The notes beneath the pieces were generated by a model. That model saw only the letters and a program-made list of their open reading frames with translations. It did not search any database and was not told the origin of the DNA. A stretch of DNA of 58,190 nt, from IMG/VR virus record IMGVR_UViG_3300042934_000137, positions 1 through 58,190 of that record; one strand, written 5' to 3'. The translations under genes were made by a program, and so were the position numbers. Every line of letters begins with the position of its first letter. Positions within the stretch are counted from its first letter, which is position 1. The stretch comes from a virus (Duplodnaviria > Caudoviricetes). Shown piece after piece: positions 36,649 through 44,830 of the stretch.

Positions 36649-36924
36649 TCACTCCTGAGGGGTCTCGGGGTTGAACTTCTTAACGATCTCTTGAATCATC
36701 TCCTGGTTCTTCTGGTGTTGTTCGAGCAGGTTCTTAGAGAGCGAGGCGTTCATTCGCAAAGCGGCGATGATCTTGTAGACGTTCTCCTTCGGAAAGCCAT
36801 AGGCTTCCGCGGGCGTCTCAGTCATCAGTGCTTCGATCTTGTTCGCGATCTCGTTCCCGTCAGAAATGATCGAGTGGACCAGAGCCAGGGCGGTGAGGTC
36901 AGAGTCGATGTTAAAGTCCATCAT
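36649..36924 (-). CDS. Cassette coiled-coil protein, 91 aa
   Basis: MMDFNIDSD...; AAAGGA RBS; own promoter. Confidence 0.7.
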   Translation of the reverse strand: MMDFNIDSDLTALALVHSIISDGNEIANKIEALMTETPAEAYGFPKENVYKIIAALRMNASLSKNLLEQHQKNQEMIQEIVKKFNPETPQE

Positions 36925-36939
36925 ATAATCCTTTCGGAG

Positions 36940-36971
36940 GGGTTTCATTATACTGCGTGTAATCCCCGCGA
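36940..36971 (-). promoter_or_regulatory. Conserved 32-bp promoter motif
   Basis: TCGCG-GGGAT-TACAC-GCAG-TATAAT-GAAACCC. Confidence 0.8.
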
Positions 36972-36973
36972 GG

Positions 36974-37255
36974 TTATGCAGGATCGAAGTTTCGAATGAA
37001 CTGAGCGTGGCTGTAAACACCAAAACCGTACTTTTTTCTTACGATCCAGTCACCGACAAAGCCACGACCCTTACGCTCGTTTGGGTCCTTAATCGTCAAA
37101 ATATAGCGCTTCATCTTCCCCGTGGCGACGTTTCGGTTGTCCCTCTCTTCGATCTCTCGAACGTCCGACCCAGACCATCTGGCGAGCTCTTCCATGTTTT
37201 CTTCGGTGATTTGGAAGGCGTCTACGTAAACCGGCTTGAGTACAAAGCGAGCCAT
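36974..37255 (-). CDS. GD[WY]-family small protein, paralog 1
   Basis: KPVYVDAFQIT...VGDWIV...F...F. Confidence 0.75.
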   Translation of the reverse strand: MARFVLKPVYVDAFQITEENMEELARWSGSDVREIEERDNRNVATGKMKRYILTIKDPNERKGRGFVGDWIVRKKYGFGVYSHAQFIRNFDPA

Positions 37256-37277
37256 TAGAAATATCCCTTCGAACAAC

Positions 37278-37312
37278 GAAACCCAAAACCCGTGTAGGGT
37301 CTTGGGCGTGAG
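37278..37312 (-). terminator. Cassette-family hairpin
   Basis: CCCAAGACCC-TACAC-GGGTTTTGGG-TTTCG. Confidence 0.7.
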
Positions 37313-37322
37313 GTTGATGGGG

Positions 37323-37529
37323 TCAGTTGCTCTCGTTCAGCTTCGTCTCGAGCTTCTTGAGGCCGACGTACATCACTCCCATGGCTGCAGCACTGAGGAC
37401 AGCTCCCGTAGCGAAGGCCGTCGCGTGGACGATCTTCTGGTGTTTGGGGCTGGACTCGTACTTCAGTCGCTGGTTGGTGACGAAGTCGGACTCGATGAAG
37501 CTCTCGGGGAGCAGATCAACGATTCGCAT
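37323..37529 (-). CDS. Cassette protein with one hydrophobic helix, 68 aa
   Basis: MRIVDLL...ATGAVLSAAAMGVMYVGLKK...ESN. Confidence 0.75.
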   Translation of the reverse strand: MRIVDLLPESFIESDFVTNQRLKYESSPKHQKIVHATAFATGAVLSAAAMGVMYVGLKKLETKLNESN

Positions 37530-37545
37530 TATGATTCCTTTCATA

Positions 37546-37610
37546 GGGTCTCATTATACGCCGTGTAATATATGCGAAACCCAAAGCCCCCGTAGGGGCC
37601 TGGGCATGAG
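37546..37610 (-). promoter_or_regulatory. Fused hairpin plus 32-bp promoter junction
   Basis: Hairpin 37580-37604; its TTTCG tail overlaps TCGCA-TATAT-TACAC-GGCG-TATAAT-GAGACCC (37546-37577). Confidence 0.8.
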
Positions 37611-37611
37611 A

Positions 37612-37860
37612 TCAGTTGTTGGTCAGATTGGGGTCTCTCATGAGGATGAGGTCGACGCCCTTGATGGTGAAGACTCCGACGTAGCCCGCGTGCAGTCGAC
37701 GCAGTCCATCCTGCGTCACCTCGAGCAGGATCTTGTTGTCGTAGTGCTTGTGCATTGCGAACGCAGTGATTCCTGCCGCGGTGACGCCGGCGGTTGCGGC
37801 GATGACGATGGTCTTGTTGTCGGTGAGCTTCTTCTTGAGGGCGAGCAGCTTCTCGTTCAT
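37612..37860 (-). CDS. Cassette protein with one hydrophobic helix, 82 aa
   Basis: MNEKLLALKKK...IVIAATAGVTAAGITAFAM...TNN. Confidence 0.75.
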   Translation of the reverse strand: MNEKLLALKKKLTDNKTIVIAATAGVTAAGITAFAMHKHYDNKILLEVTQDGLRRLHAGYVGVFTIKGVDLILMRDPNLTNN

Positions 37861-37881
37861 GACGATTCCTTTCGTAGGATA

Positions 37882-37946
37882 TGGTCTCACTATACTCCGT
37901 GTAATATCTGCGAAACCTAAAACCCTTGTGGGGTTCTAGGCGTGAG
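37882..37946 (-). promoter_or_regulatory. Fused hairpin plus 32-bp promoter junction
   Basis: Hairpin 37916-37940 then TCGCA-GATAT-TACAC-GGAG-TATAGT-GAGACCA (37882-37913). Confidence 0.8.
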
Positions 37947-37947
37947 A

Positions 37948-38127
37948 TCACTGTCGAGGGATACCGATATAAGTCCAAGCACGAACGTGAGCGAACTCGC
38001 CGAGGGCTTCACAGGCTTCTTGCAACGTGTCATAGAATCCGACAATGCGTCGGGATTCTGAATGAATCGTGCAACCATCCTCGTCCCACTCGACGACGTT
38101 CGAGTCGTCTCGGTCCTTGTTGATCAT
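37948..38127 (-). CDS. Cassette acidic protein, 59 aa
   Basis: MINKDRDDS...; AAGGAG RBS; own promoter. Confidence 0.7.
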   Translation of the reverse strand: MINKDRDDSNVVEWDEDGCTIHSESRRIVGFYDTLQEACEALGEFAHVRAWTYIGIPRQ

Positions 38128-38145
38128 AATGGTCTCCTTCATATA

Positions 38146-38177
38146 GGGTCTCATTATAAGCCGTGTATCTCATGCGA
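38146..38177 (-). promoter_or_regulatory. Conserved 32-bp promoter motif
   Basis: TCGCA-TGAGA-TACAC-GGCT-TATAAT-GAGACCC. Confidence 0.8.
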
Positions 38178-38187
38178 AAAATGAAAG

Positions 38188-38233
38188 ACCGTGTATGGGG
38201 TGAGAGCCCCGAAGGACCCCCACCCCACACGGT
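38188..38233 (-). terminator. Hairpin insulating the cassette array
   Basis: Plus strand ACCGTGT..GGGGTG / CACCCCACACGGT; T-rich tail on the minus strand. Confidence 0.6.
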
Positions 38234-38240
38234 GCGGCGC

Positions 38241-38405
38241 TTAGATATCGGCGATCCGTTCGTTCAAGTGACGCGTACACAACCAGGCCGGAACCTGCTT
38301 ATTGTTCACGTCCTCCTCGTACGGACACAGCGTGAGTTGAACCTCACCTTCACAAGGAAGCGAAACTATCCATGCGTCATCGCACTCCACCCGAATCTCG
38401 TCCAT
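38241..38405 (-). CDS. 54-aa Cys-containing protein (not in the ORF track)
   Basis: MDEIRVEC...C...CPYEEDVNN...LCTRH...DI. Confidence 0.55.
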   Translation of the reverse strand: MDEIRVECDDAWIVSLPCEGEVQLTLCPYEEDVNNKQVPAWLCTRHLNERIADI

Positions 38406-38487
38406 CCAGAACCGCCTCACAGGTCGTTGTCTACAACCTGTAAATAACGACGTGGGCGGAGGATGCCAAACTCAGGCGGGTGTTATG

Positions 38488-38787
38488 TCATCGAAGCGAT
38501 ACCGTACGGAAGTAAACCTTCGACTCCTCATCGAGAGACTCCCAGAAGAGAAACATCTCAGGCCTCGAGACCGGGCGTCCGGGAACGCTGAAGAAATGGA
38601 TCAGCTCAGCAAGGCTGTTGATGTTTGCGAGGTACTCGGACGTAGGAACGATTTGCATCGTACGCCCAACACAGACGTCGTAGATATGGGCCCGTTCAAG
38701 GTTCTTGACGAGCCAATCCTTCGTCTCATCCGGGGTTCCGTTGAAGACCGGTCGCATGGACTTGGTGAGTACGGCATCGAAAAACAT
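38488..38787 (-). CDS. Hypothetical protein
   Basis: 99 aa, AAAGGAG RBS. Confidence 0.7.
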   Translation of the reverse strand: MFFDAVLTKSMRPVFNGTPDETKDWLVKNLERAHIYDVCVGRTMQIVPTSEYLANINSLAELIHFFSVPGRPVSRPEMFLFWESLDEESKVYFRTVSLR

Positions 38788-38814
38788 TACTGCTCCTTTA
38801 AGACATATAATGGG

Positions 38815-38910
38815 TTAAGACAACAGAACCAGGGCAAGACTCACGCCGAAGAACAGACCAAGAAGGCCGGCCAAACAGAGAACGATCGTTGTCAACAACT
38901 TAGGTGGCAT
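38815..38910 (-). CDS. 31-aa single-TM peptide (not in the ORF track)
   Basis: MPPKLLTTIVLCLAGLLGLFFGVSLALVLLS; AGGAG RBS. Confidence 0.6.
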   Translation of the reverse strand: MPPKLLTTIVLCLAGLLGLFFGVSLALVLLS

Positions 38911-38919
38911 GTCGATCTC

Positions 38920-39309
38920 CTACCAGAACTCGCCTGTGTAGAACCTGAACCCATTCGCATCAAGCCAACCGCGGCCCATCTGGATGTCGCCATCCAAATA
39001 TCGCTGACCGTCCGGACCTGCTACCCAGGGCTTCTGCGCCTCGAGCCAGGCGATCGGATCGGGAATCAGCTCCTTGCGCTCAGTCCAGAGCTCGCCAGGA
39101 ATCTCGGTGAAGACGCGGCGCCAATCCTCGACAGATATGACGGCGAATCCGACCGGAGATTCCGTGTCGTAACCCCAGTCGGGGTAATCCTCGTTCAGGA
39201 GCTTGTGTGGATACGCCTGCCAGGTACCAGACGACTTCCCCACGTGGATCTCTTCGTAGCGGTTGCAGGAACCGCACTGACGGAACCGCCAGTAGTAGTT
39301 GGTCCCCAT
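38920..39309 (-). CDS. Hypothetical phage protein
   Basis: MGTNYY...CGSC...HVGKSS.W pattern. Confidence 0.75.
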   Translation of the reverse strand: MGTNYYWRFRQCGSCNRYEEIHVGKSSGTWQAYPHKLLNEDYPDWGYDTESPVGFAVISVEDWRRVFTEIPGELWTERKELIPDPIAWLEAQKPWVAGPDGQRYLDGDIQMGRGWLDANGFRFYTGEFW

Positions 39310-39791
39310 CAGAGAGTGACCCGGATCAGGAACTCCATGTCGGTCTCCTTCGGTTTATGGCAGTTGCAGTCTACCTGCTGACACGCCCGAGAGAAGTAAC
39401 CGAGGCACTTGTCGCAGCAACCCTTGTCGCAGCAACCCTTGTCGCCGACCGGGATCATGCTGTCCAGCTTGACGATCCAGGAGTCGCTCTTGCTGCATCG
39501 CCGCTTTCGCTTAGTACCGTCCGCGTACGTGGCGATGAATACGAAAGTATGTTCGGTGAGCCTGACGCTGTCGATCATGCACCAGCGGTTGATCTCCCGA
39601 AGCCGGTACAGGTTCATCTCGGCTGACGGAGACTGGGGATCCAACTCCACGAGGCTCTCTCGGTGCTCTGGACCGTCGATCAGAACGATCATGCCGTCCT
39701 TGAGCTCGGGGCTCTCGAGCAGATCCTCGGTGTCGGGGGTCATCTCGTAGTACTTACTGACGAAACCCTCGGGGATGCGGGACAGGTCCAT
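39309..39791 (-). CDS. Hypothetical protein with Cys-rich tail
   Basis: True start MDLSRIPE (AAGGAG RBS); tail GCCDKGCCDKC...C...CNCH. Confidence 0.7.
   Translation of the reverse strand: MDLSRIPEGFVSKYYEMTPDTEDLLESPELKDGMIVLIDGPEHRESLVELDPQSPSAEMNLYRLREINRWCMIDSVRLTEHTFVFIATYADGTKRKRRCSKSDSWIVKLDSMIPVGDKGCCDKGCCDKCLGYFSRACQQVDCNCHKPKETDMEFLIRVTL
39408..39445. repeat. 15-bp tandem repeat, 2.5 copies
   Basis: CTTGTCGCAGCAACC twice plus CTTGTCGC. Confidence 0.85.
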
Positions 39792-39982
39792 CTTTGTGCT
39801 CCTTCGAATATAGGGGTCTTGAACTGGAGAGCTAGTAGCGTGCGCCGCTACACCATACGCATTGATAGCCCGACGCGAGACAGGCATTCCAATCTGGCTC
39901 TGCGTAAGTTGGGATTCGAACCCAAAACCTCTACTAGCCCAGGAAGGGGCACGGAACGTGAATATCCCGTACCCCAACCTGA

Positions 39983-41050
39983 TCAGTTCTTGGGCGTGTT
40001 ACTGCCCGCGTCGACGATCACGGAAGAGCCGCCGCTCATCATGCAGAAGCCCGGCTCCTTGCCGATCTCCTTCGCCGCCTGGATGCAGTTGGCCTGGTTC
40101 ACCGCGGGATCCTTGAGGGACTCCTGGAGAGCCTTGTTGGCCTTGGACTTGGCGGCGTTGGTCGCCTCCTCCTCAGCTGCCAGGCGGGTCTTCGCCTTCT
40201 GGGCCTGGACGTTCGAGATCGACTGGTCCGTCGCGTCGTCGTAGTCCGGAACCGCCAGATCGACAGACATGATGTTGAGCTCACTGTCGAACTCACGTCG
40301 CAACTCGTCCAGGGCCAGCTGGTTCAGCGTGCCCAGGGACTGGTTCTTCTCCTCGATGAGCGGGTTGTGTCCGGAGAACACCTTCCCCAACGCCACTCGG
40401 GAGGAGCTGTAGACGAAGTTCTTGGTGAGTCGCTCGAAGGAACGGTAGGTCTTGAACAACTCCACCGCGTTCTTCCGCTCGGCCTCGGTGCCCGCCTTCA
40501 TCTGCCAGGCCACCACGCCGTTCAGACAGGCCGTCGCCTGACCCTCGAGCTTGACCTGGATGCAGGGGTACTCCTTCTTGTCCAGGTCCTCCTCGTTGTT
40601 GCCCTTGCCGTTGAACCGCAGGAACTGACGGGTTCCGTCGAACTCCGTCTTGATCTCCCACGGCGCCTTGGCGTGGAATCCGTTGCTGTAGGCGGACTGC
40701 GGCTTGCCGAACGAGGTCATGATGCCAACCTGGTTCGTCCCGACCACCACGAAGAGACTCATGATGAACAGGAAGACCGCCACGCCACCCACAACGCCGA
40801 CGCCCCACCCGAGACCACGTCGCATGTAGTGCGTTTCGACGTTGTCCTTCTCGTGCTCGAACTTGCTCTGGTTCCAGGCCTTGACTGCCGTGGTGTACGG
40901 ATCGCCGTAGACATCCCGACGCACCCCCTCGAAGTCAGCCCGGTCGGGCTTCTCCTCGGTGAACGGGGTGACCTTGACTCGGGTACGAACGATCCAGATG
41001 ATGAGAGCCATCACCGCAACGATCATGGCCCAGAGGAACCAAGCGTCCAT
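39983..41050 (-). CDS. SPFH / band-7 membrane protein
   Basis: Two TM helices, V....VGI.TSFGK...GFH.K.PW, C-terminal coiled coil. Confidence 0.85.
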   Translation of the reverse strand: MDAWFLWAMIVAVMALIIWIVRTRVKVTPFTEEKPDRADFEGVRRDVYGDPYTTAVKAWNQSKFEHEKDNVETHYMRRGLGWGVGVVGGVAVFLFIMSLFVVVGTNQVGIMTSFGKPQSAYSNGFHAKAPWEIKTEFDGTRQFLRFNGKGNNEEDLDKKEYPCIQVKLEGQATACLNGVVAWQMKAGTEAERKNAVELFKTYRSFERLTKNFVYSSSRVALGKVFSGHNPLIEEKNQSLGTLNQLALDELRREFDSELNIMSVDLAVPDYDDATDQSISNVQAQKAKTRLAAEEEATNAAKSKANKALQESLKDPAVNQANCIQAAKEIGKEPGFCMMSGGSSVIVDAGSNTPKN

Positions 41051-41158
41051 TCTTGCACTCCTTTAAAGAGGGGTTTTGAATATAACCAGAGAAGTGTCTG
41101 ACTTCTCCGGGAAAGGGGAAGGATCATACGAATATGACCCATCCCCCACCCGCAACTG

Positions 41159-41422
41159 TCAGATCCCAGACATGTACTGCTGCAGTCGCTCCTTCGCGAT
41201 GTGGCACTGCTCGATACGCGTCTCGATCTCCTCGTTCACGGCCTGAACGATCTGGGCCGACTCGAGGGCGTCCTGGTTCCCGGAACCTTCGAGGATGCCG
41301 TAGATCGCACCACCCGCGGCCTGACCCTTCTCCAGGGACAGCTGAAGACCGGCGACACAGCCCTCCAGATCATTCAGAGCTGCGTTGATCAGAGCCTTCA
41401 GACCTTCGACGTTCATGTTCAT
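41159..41422 (-). CDS. Helical hairpin protein (WXG100-like size)
   Basis: 87 aa, two amphipathic helices around ILEGS; paralog of the upstream gene. Confidence 0.7.
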   Translation of the reverse strand: MNMNVEGLKALINAALNDLEGCVAGLQLSLEKGQAAGGAIYGILEGSGNQDALESAQIVQAVNEEIETRIEQCHIAKERLQQYMSGI

Positions 41423-41436
41423 TTTTTGTTCCTCCC

Positions 41437-41937
41437 CTAGAGTTTGTTCATATATTGTTGCATCTGCTCGATGCTCTTCTGAAGAGTAGCCACGAGCTCG
41501 TGGATTCGCTCAACAGACTCGAAGCCGACCTCGCAGGTCACCATGATGGCTTCATCTTCCGAACCCTGGATCAAACCGGCAAGAGACGCCGAACTCCGCT
41601 CCAAGATTCCTTCGGCGGTGACAAGTCGCTCGATGGCTCTGTTGTGCGCGTCGATGGCCTTGTTGATGTGATTCTTAATGTCTTCGACCCTAAGAATCTC
41701 TCCGCCCTCCCAGTGAGAAGGAACCCGGTTAGGATCCCCAACAGCAAAACCCGAAGAATTCTTGACGATCTTTGGGTCGACGAAAGGTTTCGCATCACGA
41801 CCGGGACTCAATGAGGGGTCGTCAGCTGGAAGTTCCGCGAGAATTCGCTTAGTGATGCGTCCCTCGGGACTGAATCCACCACTGTCCGGATGCCTCTTCC
41901 GAATATTGTCAGCGTCGTGAACTTCACCCTCGTCCAT
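41437..41937 (-). CDS. Helical hairpin protein with N-terminal extension
   Basis: C-terminal ~85 aa align with 41159-41422 (IN.A, LIQGS, QQYM). Confidence 0.7.
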   Translation of the reverse strand: MDEGEVHDADNIRKRHPDSGGFSPEGRITKRILAELPADDPSLSPGRDAKPFVDPKIVKNSSGFAVGDPNRVPSHWEGGEILRVEDIKNHINKAIDAHNRAIERLVTAEGILERSSASLAGLIQGSEDEAIMVTCEVGFESVERIHELVATLQKSIEQMQQYMNKL

Positions 41938-41940
41938 GGG

Positions 41941-42201
41941 TCAGGCGACCTTCCCGAAGATAACGTCGAGCTCGCGCTCCACCATCTCCTTGATCTTCAC
42001 GGCCGTGCTCTTGGGCTTGATGCGCGGCGCCTCGCCGAACTTCTGCACCCGGTTCCCCTTGACGCTCCGACCGGACGGCTTCCCGCGGCCCGTCAGGGCG
42101 CGACCCCGGTTGTCGAACTTCTTGGTGGAGAACGCCTTCCCGTTCTTGCGGTTGTCGTTCCGCGTGCCGGGGGTCTTCTTCTTGCCGTCCTTCTTCGCCA
42201 T
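41941..42201 (-). CDS. Lys/Arg-rich basic protein
   Basis: 86 aa, GC3-biased, highly basic. Confidence 0.65.
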   Translation of the reverse strand: MAKKDGKKKTPGTRNDNRKNGKAFSTKKFDNRGRALTGRGKPSGRSVKGNRVQKFGEAPRIKPKSTAVKIKEMVERELDVIFGKVA

Positions 42202-42262
42202 TGGAATATGATCTTTCTGTGAGGGATGAGCGTTGAGGGGTTTGAGTTGCAGGTGTGACTGA

Positions 42263-42658
42263 TCAGGCGTCGAGAGCGGGGATGGTCACGCCCTTGTTCG
42301 CGCAGGCGTTGCGCAACACGGCGTACTTGGTCACGAGGTTGGAGTTCAGCTCGTCGAGTTGCTGCTGGTTGGAATCCGCCAGACGGAGGTTCATCGTGTA
42401 CGCCGCCTCGACGAAGTTCGTCCCGGCGGTACGGATGGCCTCGTCCTTCGAGAGCCCGAACTCCGTGAGACGCTGCTTGCGCCACTCCTCGTCCAGCGTG
42501 GCCGGAGAAGACGACTTCGCCATCTGCATGCACACGGAAACGCCGGAGTCCTTCTGCGCGGTCACAGTCTCCGGTGCGAACATCCGGATCACGCCGACGA
42601 CGAGGGTGAGTGCGATCACCAGGACCGCAATGGTGGGGATGATGTAGCGCTTGCTCAT
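42263..42658 (-). CDS. Membrane-anchored or secreted protein
   Basis: N-terminal TM/signal, two Cys; GAGGAG RBS. Confidence 0.7.
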   Translation of the reverse strand: MSKRYIIPTIAVLVIALTLVVGVIRMFAPETVTAQKDSGVSVCMQMAKSSSPATLDEEWRKQRLTEFGLSKDEAIRTAGTNFVEAAYTMNLRLADSNQQQLDELNSNLVTKYAVLRNACANKGVTIPALDA

Positions 42659-42930
42659 GGTTCTCTCCTCTGAATTTTATTACTACGAATATGGGGTGTA
42701 CCACTCGGAGCCCTCGTGCTGCTCTTTATCCTCTCCACAACCGCTATATGATGTGGGCGAGATATAGCCACCAAGGGCTCCGAGCCTAGTAGGGAAATGA
42801 AGAACGAGATGGTGCCAGGGCCGACGAACTAAGAAATCAACGGGTACGGGTGCTCGTTCTCATTGCTATCACCTCCTAACGTTCCAGGAAGGGGAGCCGA
42901 GTCCTAAGACCCGACCCCCAACCTGAGGCG

Positions 42931-43329
42931 TCAGTTGCAGGCGTTGTCGCCGTACGTCAACCGAAGAGCGAGGTCCTCCGGCGTGAAGTCGGCGTTGTCG
43001 CCGTGGATCAGAGACGGACGCTCGAAGCTGGCGTTGAAGGCCTTGTCGGTGTAGACCTTGAAACCACCCGAGGGGGTGTACAGAACCCAGTCGCCTACGA
43101 ACGCCTGAGTCTGCCGCGGGAAGAGCGGCCGATTGACGTTCACCTGGATGTACGGTCCGGTACGACCGTCGTGCTCACCGAGAGCCTTGACCTCTCCGCC
43201 GCACCACCGAGCCACCTGAGGCATGTTTCGCTCGGTGACTCGTACGACCTGAACGACGAACGGCTTGCGGACGTACTCCTCGATCTGGAGACCGACGGCG
43301 GGAGGAGCGGGAACGGGGTGGGTGGTCAT
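42931..43329 (-). CDS. GD[WY]-family small protein, paralog 2
   Basis: Start MTTHPV; RKPFVVQVVRVT...WCGG...VGDWVL...F..Y...F. Confidence 0.75.
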   Translation of the reverse strand: MTTHPVPAPPAVGLQIEEYVRKPFVVQVVRVTERNMPQVARWCGGEVKALGEHDGRTGPYIQVNVNRPLFPRQTQAFVGDWVLYTPSGGFKVYTDKAFNASFERPSLIHGDNADFTPEDLALRLTYGDNACN

Positions 43330-43408
43330 GATTCCTCTTTCTTTGAGCATGTTTTGGATCGTTCTGATGAGGCTTCGATGGTGAGAATATCCCCGCCGCG
43401 GCTTCATG

Positions 43409-43780
43409 TCAGTCTCGGAGCTCGGCGACGGTAGGTTCGAGAAGAAGGGTGAGTTGCCCCTTCTTGTGGTACTCGTCGACGTAGAGCTCGTTGGTCTCGC
43501 CGTTGAAGGTGAGTTCAAAGTACCGGTTGTCCTCGATGATGGTGCTACACAAGGCCTTCCAGTTCTTCAGGGTCTTGGTAAACCAGACGACGAAGACGTC
43601 TTGCTCGAGAATCGGGAGATCGTCGAGGCGAAGGATGTTGGTTCGGTAGTACTTGGCAACAGCCTGCTTGGCCATCAGCTGGAAATCGGTGGGAGTGACC
43701 ACTCCGCTCTGACCGCCCGGATCCGCCTTGTACGTGTAGTCGACTGCAGGAACACCGCTGGGGTATGTTCGCATGTCCAT
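43409..43780 (-). CDS. DUF6275-like protein
   Basis: VFVVWF.KTL.NWKAL.ST...YFELT.NG...ELY.D.Y motif. Confidence 0.7.
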   Translation of the reverse strand: MDMRTYPSGVPAVDYTYKADPGGQSGVVTPTDFQLMAKQAVAKYYRTNILRLDDLPILEQDVFVVWFTKTLKNWKALCSTIIEDNRYFELTFNGETNELYVDEYHKKGQLTLLLEPTVAELRD

Positions 43781-43872
43781 GTCAGGACTCCTTCTTGTCC
43801 TTCGAGGAAATGACGGCGCCGAAGATCACCCCGACAAGAGCAATCAACGCGCCAACGACCATCTCGAACACG

Positions 43873-44103
43873 TCAGATCCTTTCGTAGTTCCATGCCGGG
43901 TCGTTCGGTGGAAGCTGGGTACGCAGTCGGTTACTGATGGGCCCATGCATCTCGAAGATATGGACCTCTTCGTGCTTCGGTGTTCTTGTGACATATAGTG
44001 AAAGGCCGATTCCAATGAGAACCCCGACAAGGAGAATCACCAGAATCGACCCCACCACGATAAATGCGTCGAACACGTCAGTCGGCCGGGAGAACGTCGG
44101 CAT
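43873..44103 (-). CDS. Small membrane protein
   Basis: One long TM helix; overlaps the end of the SSB gene. Confidence 0.55.
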   Translation of the reverse strand: MPTFSRPTDVFDAFIVVGSILVILLVGVLIGIGLSLYVTRTPKHEEVHIFEMHGPISNRLRTQLPPNDPAWNYERI

Positions 44104-44572
44104 ACTTGAGGTCCAGGTCGTCCTCGAACTGGGTGAGGTACATCTTCCGCAGATATGCGGTGACGCCGCTGTCGCCCCGAACGGTCCAGTTGTACGGCGA
44201 GAACCGAAGGTCGCACTCAGCGATCTCGACCGTGTCCAACAGGGGAACGAGGCCCTCGTCCAGCATGTTTCGGCGCCGCGTCTTCGAGCCGATCAGGTAG
44301 ATCTCGGGAGCACGCCCCTTGTAACTGACCTTGACCTGAACGTACGGGTCGCCGATCGCGCCAGCCTCGTCGTCGCTGTCGTTGTCGCGCGGCTTGCGGC
44401 GCTTGATGTTGTAGCCATCACGCGCCATCATCTCGGCAACGTCCTCGGGAAGGATGACGCAGAAGTTGCGATCTCCCGCACGGTTGTACTGCCCCTCTTC
44501 ACCGGCGAAGTTCCGGTAGAGCAGAGTGGCGTTCTCGATGGTGATGATCTCCGTGGCACGACGAGTGGGCAT
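44078..44572 (-). CDS. Putative single-stranded DNA-binding protein
   Basis: OB-like layout (ITIENA...RNFAG...RNFCV...AYL..MY) with acidic C-terminus, near the polymerase. Confidence 0.65.
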   Translation of the reverse strand: MPTRRATEIITIENATLLYRNFAGEEGQYNRAGDRNFCVILPEDVAEMMARDGYNIKRRKPRDNDSDDEAGAIGDPYVQVKVSYKGRAPEIYLIGSKTRRRNMLDEGLVPLLDTVEIAECDLRFSPYNWTVRGDSGVTAYLRKMYLTQFEDDLDLKYADVLPAD

Positions 44573-44830
44573 TTACTGTTCCTTCTTTCCGTTTTTGAGC
44601 TGGAGCCCCTCACAGGGCTTTAGTAGAAATTCTTTGCTATGGCAGGGGCACGCCCAGCAGATCGAACACTCATAACCTACTGGGCTTTCGACCATGTTGT
44701 GACCGAGCAACTCAGCGCGTCGATCTGAATTGCGCCATTCCGTACCCAGATCAACCGCGTCATGTAGCTCATCAAGGTGTGGAATATCGTCCGCGGTGTA
44801 GGTGGGGTGTTCGTCGATCAAACCTTCCAC
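44573..44830 (-). CDS. Hypothetical Cys/His protein
   Basis: 85 aa, H...CSIC..C.CH. Confidence 0.55.
   Translation of the reverse strand: MEGLIDEHPTYTADDIPHLDELHDAVDLGTEWRNSDRRAELLGHNMVESPVGYECSICWACPCHSKEFLLKPCEGLQLKNGKKEQ

Noticed and set aside
39880-39975. tRNA gene
   Set aside because: Only a T-arm is recognisable, with no D arm, anticodon arm or proper acceptor stem; kept as a tRNA-like fragment finding
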